A stretch of 64,000 bases of DNA, taken from contig NC_045707.1 in assembly GCF_009834535.1 (NCBI RefSeq), forward strand, positions 40,362,001 through 40,426,000, written 5' to 3'. The notes beneath the pieces are model-generated. The model searched no databases, was not told the origin of the DNA, and saw only the letters and a list, made by a program, of their open reading frames with translations. The translations under genes and the position numbers were made by a program. This document shows positions 63,761-64,000 of the stretch, in pieces. Origin of the DNA: Camelus ferus. Its lineage: Eukaryota. Numbering within the stretch: position 1 is the first letter of the stretch; every line of letters starts with the position of its first letter.

Positions 63761-64000
63761 GCCACCGACGGTTTTAAAGCAAAGAGACACTGGAACTACA
63801 GAAGTGGTGCTTCCCACTGTGTCACTGTCAGAGTTCTTCAGTTCTTTCCCAGGACAGTAAAAAGTTGAACCATGGCAGTTTGCACAAGGCAAGAGGCATA
63901 GAAAACAGTTTATTCTTGAACCAGTGAGGCATAGATTGAGTTTGGGTTAAAACTCTCAAGAATGAAGGATTCTGGAGATGTCCATTTGACCTGGATTGCC

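Noticed and set aside
1-64000. tRNA, rRNA, snRNA, CRISPR arrays, operon-like or prokaryotic systems
   Set aside because: No matching motifs or regularly spaced repeats were seen; the window is mammalian repeat-rich non-coding DNA.

Overview
This is a 64-kb window of repeat-rich mammalian nuclear DNA with no protein-coding gene, RNA gene or CRISPR array that I can recognise, so it is most likely intronic or intergenic. The young repeats are short L1 3' tails (TGCTGTACACCAGAAATTGACAC...ACTATACTTCAATAAAA type), and I see no Bov-tA, BovB, CHR or PRE SINEs. This points to a cetartiodactyl, probably a camelid (inference). Main structured content: (i) a decayed class III ERV-L provirus on the minus strand (MLT2B-type LTR plus protease-RT-RNaseH-integrase-dUTPase remnants, about 24.8-29.4 kb); (ii) an internally deleted HERV16/LTR16-type provirus on the plus strand (39.6-42.1 kb), nested in an L2; (iii) a 5'-inverted (twin-primed) L1 with a 15-bp TSD (11.2-12.0 kb); (iv) four ultra-short L1 tails with intact TSDs, three of which share nearly the same 5' start; (v) many ancient L2, MIR, L1M and hAT (MER3/5/53/58) fragments; (vi) five N-runs of 139-169 nt. 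Unique DNA carries three co-oriented CTCF-like motifs, Z-DNA and H-DNA-prone tracts, a CpG-retaining patch and a few splice-site-bounded exon candidates. All ORFs in the track are either retroelement remnants or appear spurious. I found no evidence of a new multi-gene system. Repeat family names come from recalled consensus similarity, not a database search, and boundaries of old repeats are approximate.
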